64,000 bases of DNA from an uncultured Bdellovibrio sp. GTDB lineage: Bacteria > Bdellovibrionota > Bdellovibrionia > Bdellovibrionales > Bdellovibrionaceae. Below are positions 59,611 through 64,000 of this stretch, in pieces. The notes under the pieces were generated by a model, which worked only from the letters and a program-made list of their open reading frames with translations, did not search any database and was not told the origin of the DNA. Location: the NCBI GenBank assembly GCA_963932905.1, contig CAWVRN010000022.1:11182-75181 (forward strand). The letters run 5' to 3'. The first letter of the stretch is position 1; each line of letters starts with the position of its first letter. The translations under genes and the position numbers were made by a program.

Positions 59611-61134
59611 TTAGCGTGGCTCGAGATTAACTGTGCCGCCCACACGTGCTTCTTCAACAACACGTACACGATCAACAGGTACATTTTTAGATGCTAAATA
59701 TTTGCGAGTCGCTTCTGGCAATGACTTCCACATTTTTAAAGCCACTAGTACACACATGATACCAAACGGTACCAGGAACGCAGGCCAAGCATGCCAACTT
59801 TCCGGTTTTTCAGTTAACAGGTTGCCAAGAACTAAAGATTGTAAACCTGTTCCAAGATAAACGAAACCATCAGTGATGCCCGACGCAGTCGCCGTCATCT
59901 TGCGACCACCAAAATCGGCTGCTGCCGTACCAGACATCAACGAGTGAACAGAGATTGAAAGTAGACCCAACAGAACCGCACATGTTCCGACCACAACTGG
60001 TGATGTTAACAAGCTAAAGTACATAGTGGTTGCTACGATTGTAATCAAGATTCCCGCGATGGCCACTGGAGGACCACGACGTGATTGAAATACTTTATCA
60101 GAGATATGGCCCGCAGCGAATCCACCAGCGATACCTGTCAAGCAAAGGATCAATCCCCAGTTATCGTGGAAAAACTCTGCACCCACCTGAGGAACGACTT
60201 TACCGAACTTGAAATACCATTGCATAACACCATTGCGGATAACGCCCGTAGTGAACTCAACCGCCGCAACCATCATAATTATTGGGTTCGTGAATACTTT
60301 TTTGAGCATTTCAGTTTTAGTTAGCTCGATATGCATTTGGCCAGAAGAAGCGTCAGCTGTATCGAAATCTTCGTGACCGGCTTGTGATGGCATATCTTTT
60401 ACCAAGATAAAGTCCATGATGAACCAAAAAATTAGTAATAAAGCAGGAATAAAGAATACGAACCAAACTGAATCAACGCCGTTATTCACCGAGCCTAAAG
60501 TTGTATGGAATAAATTAGAAAGGAAGCCTGGGTTTTTTGGATTGGCGCTAGCTGAGTCAGCAATCACCGAATTCAAATCGAATGCGAAATAGATACCGAC
60601 AGAAATTAATGTTCCAAAGATGGCACCAAAGATACCGCGCTCACGTACGTGAAACCAGTATGCTTTGTTTTTGATGATAGAAACAGCGCCGTAGCTTTGG
60701 AAGAACATGTTTACGGAGTATAGAATCGCTAATGCCACCGTCATGTCGACGTCCAATTGACCGTTAAGGAAAAGGTAAACAACGATACCCATGGCGATAT
60801 TGGCTACCGAGGCACCGCCGGTCGCTAGAAGCATACCTTTTTTGCTACCCCATTTATCGACTAAGGGACCATTTAGCAGGAACGAGAAACCGTAGGTGAT
60901 TGTTCCCGCCGCGAAGATTGTACCGAAACTAGCGATAGACATTTTAGAACCAAGGGCGTTGCTGGCTACATTTAAATTGTATCGAGCCATATAAAGGAAG
61001 GCATAACTCATTCCCAGTGGGAACCAGTTTAAAAACCGGCGCACCATAAACGGGGATGCATGGGCCATCGGGTTGTATTTAAAGTACAGGATAATCACCG
61101 CGAAAAGGGTTAACAGTACCGACGCTGCTGCCAT
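59611..61134 (-). CDS. MFS transporter, GlpT/UhpC-like
   Basis: YAFLYMARYNL, WF...ERG, GHISDKVFQSRRGP, TASGITDGFVYLG. Confidence 0.85.
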   Translation of the reverse strand: MAAASVLLTLFAVIILYFKYNPMAHASPFMVRRFLNWFPLGMSYAFLYMARYNLNVASNALGSKMSIASFGTIFAAGTITYGFSFLLNGPLVDKWGSKKGMLLATGGASVANIAMGIVVYLFLNGQLDVDMTVALAILYSVNMFFQSYGAVSIIKNKAYWFHVRERGIFGAIFGTLISVGIYFAFDLNSVIADSASANPKNPGFLSNLFHTTLGSVNNGVDSVWFVFFIPALLLIFWFIMDFILVKDMPSQAGHEDFDTADASSGQMHIELTKTEMLKKVFTNPIIMMVAAVEFTTGVIRNGVMQWYFKFGKVVPQVGAEFFHDNWGLILCLTGIAGGFAAGHISDKVFQSRRGPPVAIAGILITIVATTMYFSLLTSPVVVGTCAVLLGLLSISVHSLMSGTAAADFGGRKMTATASGITDGFVYLGTGLQSLVLGNLLTEKPESWHAWPAFLVPFGIMCVLVALKMWKSLPEATRKYLASKNVPVDRVRVVEEARVGGTVNLEPR

Positions 61135-61368
61135 GGTTGCTCCTTATGAAAGAAAGGTTGCTCGAGGGCGTTTCTAACCCAAAGGGCCTGCTATGTCCAG
61201 TGTCCTAACCGATGTCCTAACAGAATCTTTACGAATGCGTTGGCCAAAACGACTTTACGAGAAAAATTGAAAATATTGCCGTATAAACAGGCGTTTCATG
61301 GGTAAAATATAGCTTTTTCTAAGTTTCAAGAATACATAGGCAAAGTCTGTCGATAGAGGAGTCTTAAC

Positions 61369-61572
61369 ATGATTGAACAGCGTCTGATTGAAATGGAAAC
61401 CCGATTTCTTTATCAAGAAAACACTATCGAACAGCTAAACCAAGTCGTCACAGCTCAGGCCGATGAGCTGCGCCAATTGAAGGCGACTCTGGATGTCGTA
61501 ACTAAAAACTTAAAACACCTTTTGGAAAATGCAGCGGAAATCCGTCCGCACGAGAAACCGCCTCACTACTAA
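61369..61572 (+). CDS. slyX: SlyX family protein
   Basis: EQRLIEMETR..YQE.TIEQLN..V and terminal EKPPHY. Confidence 0.93.
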   Translation: MIEQRLIEMETRFLYQENTIEQLNQVVTAQADELRQLKATLDVVTKNLKHLLENAAEIRPHEKPPHY

Positions 61573-61656
61573 GCACGGACAGTACAAATTCTTGAACAGC
61601 TCTAAAAAATAAGCTAGAAGCTAGTTTGGTTCTATTAACAACATAAGTGAGGAAAC

Positions 61657-62055
61657 ATGACTAAATTAGTACTTGTATTAGCAATGGGTTTTTTAATGAG
61701 CTGCGCTTCTAAAAAAACAACAACAGAAACAACAACGGCAGCCGGTCCAACAACGGCGACAACTCCGGCAGCAGCAGCAGCTACTGTAGAGACTAAAAAA
61801 GAAGACACTAAAAAAAGTAAAGCTACAGCTAAAAAAGCAGGCGAAGCTAAAACAGCGGCTGAAGTTACTTGCACATCTAAACAGGAAACTCGCAAACTAG
61901 CGATCAAAGCTAAAGATCAAGGTTGTGAACTTGAATACACCAAAGGTGGGCAACCGACGTCTGTAGCGAGTCAAGTTGTTGGCCAAGCTAAATGCGAAGA
62001 AGTTTCAACTCGCATCCAAGAAAAACTAATCGCTGCGGGCTACTCTTGCGAATAA
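61657..62055 (+). CDS. Hypothetical lipoprotein
   Basis: Lipobox LMSC; T/A/K-rich linker; 4-Cys C-terminal domain. Confidence 0.75.
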   Translation: MTKLVLVLAMGFLMSCASKKTTTETTTAAGPTTATTPAAAAATVETKKEDTKKSKATAKKAGEAKTAAEVTCTSKQETRKLAIKAKDQGCELEYTKGGQPTSVASQVVGQAKCEEVSTRIQEKLIAAGYSCE

Positions 62056-62160
62056 TAATTTAGCATCGAATTTGCAATCTACGTGGTCTGACTTGTAATC
62101 GTTTTGAATGGGGTAATGTGTTCCATATTGCCCCGAAAACGAAAAAACAAAGGAGGATCA

Positions 62161-62568
62161 GTGGAAAATAAAAACTTAGAATCAGAAATTATCAAATTAG
62201 AAAATCGATACTGGAACGCCATCAAAGATAATGATGTCGAAACCATGATGAAGCTGAGTGATGAAAATTGTATTGTCACCGGCGCACAAGGTGTTACCAA
62301 AGTAAAACGTTCAGACTTTCCAAAAATGAACGCAGAAGGTAACAAGATATACACTCTAAACGACTTCAAACTTAAAGATCACAAAATCACCATCGTTAAC
62401 GAAGACATTGTCGTAGTCGGCTATAATGTTTGGGAAAACTTGACTGTCGAAGGCAAACCTATCGAATTGGAAGCCGCCGATGCCTCGACTTGGATTCGTA
62501 AAGATGGCAAATGGGTGTGTGTTCTTCACACGGAATCCTTGGTTGGTGATCCGTTTGGAAGACACTAA
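62161..62568 (+). CDS. NTF2-like (DUF4440) protein
   Basis: GGAGG SD and GTG start; STWIRKDGKW.CVLHTES. Confidence 0.82.
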   Translation: MENKNLESEIIKLENRYWNAIKDNDVETMMKLSDENCIVTGAQGVTKVKRSDFPKMNAEGNKIYTLNDFKLKDHKITIVNEDIVVVGYNVWENLTVEGKPIELEAADASTWIRKDGKWVCVLHTESLVGDPFGRH

Positions 62569-62715
62569 GCTTACGATTGATGGCTTTGCCAAGGCAAATG
62601 AGTCTGAAATTAGGCGAAACCTGAAAAACTTGCCTGTACAATTCAGCGACATTGGTTTGTCTTTGTAAATTGGTTACAGTGCCGATGCACAACTAAACCA
62701 CCAACTGAGGTAGCT

Positions 62716-63099
62716 ATGTCTGTTTTCTCGTACATCTTTAGTGCATTGTTATTGGTTCAATCGGCAATGGCCGCTACTGAGTGCAAAAGTGCTGAAAAAA
62801 ATCGTGATGGATCTTCAAAATACATAATTCGCTATTACAAGCCAAATGAACGTCCGGGAGTTCGCAATCAATTTGCGAATGTTCAAGTTTTTGAAACTGA
62901 AAAAATGGTTACCAAAGATTACCAGCCATTAACATTTACTTTGTGTGTGGCTAAACCAAGTGGTTATGGAATCATGGTACGTTGTGATAGCTCGATGGGT
63001 TCATATTCTTACTTGATGATTGAAAACATTCGTAACTCGGGTGCTTATCAAGATGGTCCGTTTAAATTATTCAATTTAGCTTGCGGTGATTTAAAGTAA
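62716..63099 (+). CDS. Secreted hypothetical protein
   Basis: GAGGT SD; signal peptide ending AMA; four Cys. Confidence 0.65.
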   Translation: MSVFSYIFSALLLVQSAMAATECKSAEKNRDGSSKYIIRYYKPNERPGVRNQFANVQVFETEKMVTKDYQPLTFTLCVAKPSGYGIMVRCDSSMGSYSYLMIENIRNSGAYQDGPFKLFNLACGDLK

Positions 63100-63285
63100 A
63101 CTTAGCATAACCTTGCGAGGGTTTCGGTAAACAGAATTTGTTCGTTGTAGCATTTGTAAACATTTTTTTGCATTCAGATTCAATTGCTTAGCCATAGTTG
63201 CGGTATGGCGATGGCATGTATGACTCCTGAAAACTTAACTGCAACAATTAACTGTCATAAAAGTATACGATTTTGAGGATGGCCC

Positions 63286-64000
63286 ATGAAAAAGATGATT
63301 TTTGCATCATTAATTACGTCTGTAAGTGTATTGAGTTTAATTTCTTGTAATGACAAGGGTAGCGATACTCCGGTTGCATTCCAAGACAGAGTTCCAGAGA
63401 AATTAACGTTCTCGATCCCTGCGCAAGGTGAAATGCCGTCTGATGCTCAACTAAAAGAAATTCAGGCTACATTCCAGAATCAAAATAAAATGATGCTTCC
63501 TCCGGGTGAACTAATGTATCCAGATGATTTAACGTCATCGGAAATTTCAAAGAAAGAAGCAGAATTAAATATAAAAGATCCTAATTCATATAAGATGCTA
63601 AAAGAAATCCAAGCTAATTGTTCGGCGACTCGTCCCGTAAACAGTAATAACTTTCCTAAAGACGGTCAGAACATCGAAATTAAAGCTGGCGATATTTATA
63701 CTGTCGATATTAAAGCGAATTTGACCGCGAAATCAGGTGCTTGCCCAATGACGTCTAAAAGCGAAATGAACGGCAAGGTCATTATTGAAGAGTACGAAAA
63801 AGATACTCAAAAAATTAAAAAATTAGGCGTGTCTATGGGTGGCGGTGCTAAAGTTGAATATTTAGTTACGAAGCCGGAGTATCAAAAACTATTAAATGCG
63901 CGCGGTATGATCGTAGATACAAATATATCTGGTCTAACTTCCATTGTTGCCGAATTTCCGCGATTTGTACCAGGCGATTTCCTGATAGTGTACCACTTGT
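63286..64000 (+). CDS. Hypothetical lipoprotein, runs off the window end (absent from the ORF track)
   Basis: GAGGA SD; MKKMIFASLITSVSVLSLISCNDK lipobox; frame open to 64000. Confidence 0.75.
   Translation, partial: MKKMIFASLITSVSVLSLISCNDKGSDTPVAFQDRVPEKLTFSIPAQGEMPSDAQLKEIQATFQNQNKMMLPPGELMYPDDLTSSEISKKEAELNIKDPNSYKMLKEIQANCSATRPVNSNNFPKDGQNIEIKAGDIYTVDIKANLTAKSGACPMTSKSEMNGKVIIEEYEKDTQKIKKLGVSMGGGAKVEYLVTKPEYQKLLNARGMIVDTNISGLTSIVAEFPRFVPGDFLIVYHL

Noticed and set aside
62665..62690. Sigma28-like TAAA...GCCGAT before the 62716 gene
   Set aside because: The spacer is 11 nt instead of about 15.

Overview
The window looks like a Bdellovibrionota-type genome (inferred from gene content) and has two parts. 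From about 1 to 23.2 kb is the right end of an integrative conjugative element inserted at the 3' end of tRNA-Gln(UUG). It carries a compact VirB2/3/4/5/6/8/9/10 type IV secretion operon, a VirD4-like coupling protein, a Replic_Relax-type relaxase, a strongly palindromic oriT-like spacer and a large serine recombinase whose stop codon lies inside the tRNA. Sulfur-handling genes lie to its left. Divergent from the transfer operon is a tightly coupled five-gene operon: sigma54 response regulator, 91-aa secreted protein, OppA-like binding protein, minimal YcaO-like enzyme and hybrid histidine kinase. The shared spacer holds three TGGCGG-N4-CCGCCA-type palindromes. This is the best candidate for an undescribed system, possibly a peptide (RiPP-like) signalling circuit that controls conjugation; that function is inference. 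From 23.2 to 64 kb is chromosomal backbone: degP, MoxR/Bat operon, two lytic transglycosylases, fadH, an Ada-AlkA/Ogt/AlkB operon, transporters and secreted proteins. It also has an apparently orphan c-di-GMP-I riboswitch RNA rich in GGA motifs and a stanniocalcin-like secreted protein. All calls come from reading motifs by eye; no database searches were run.
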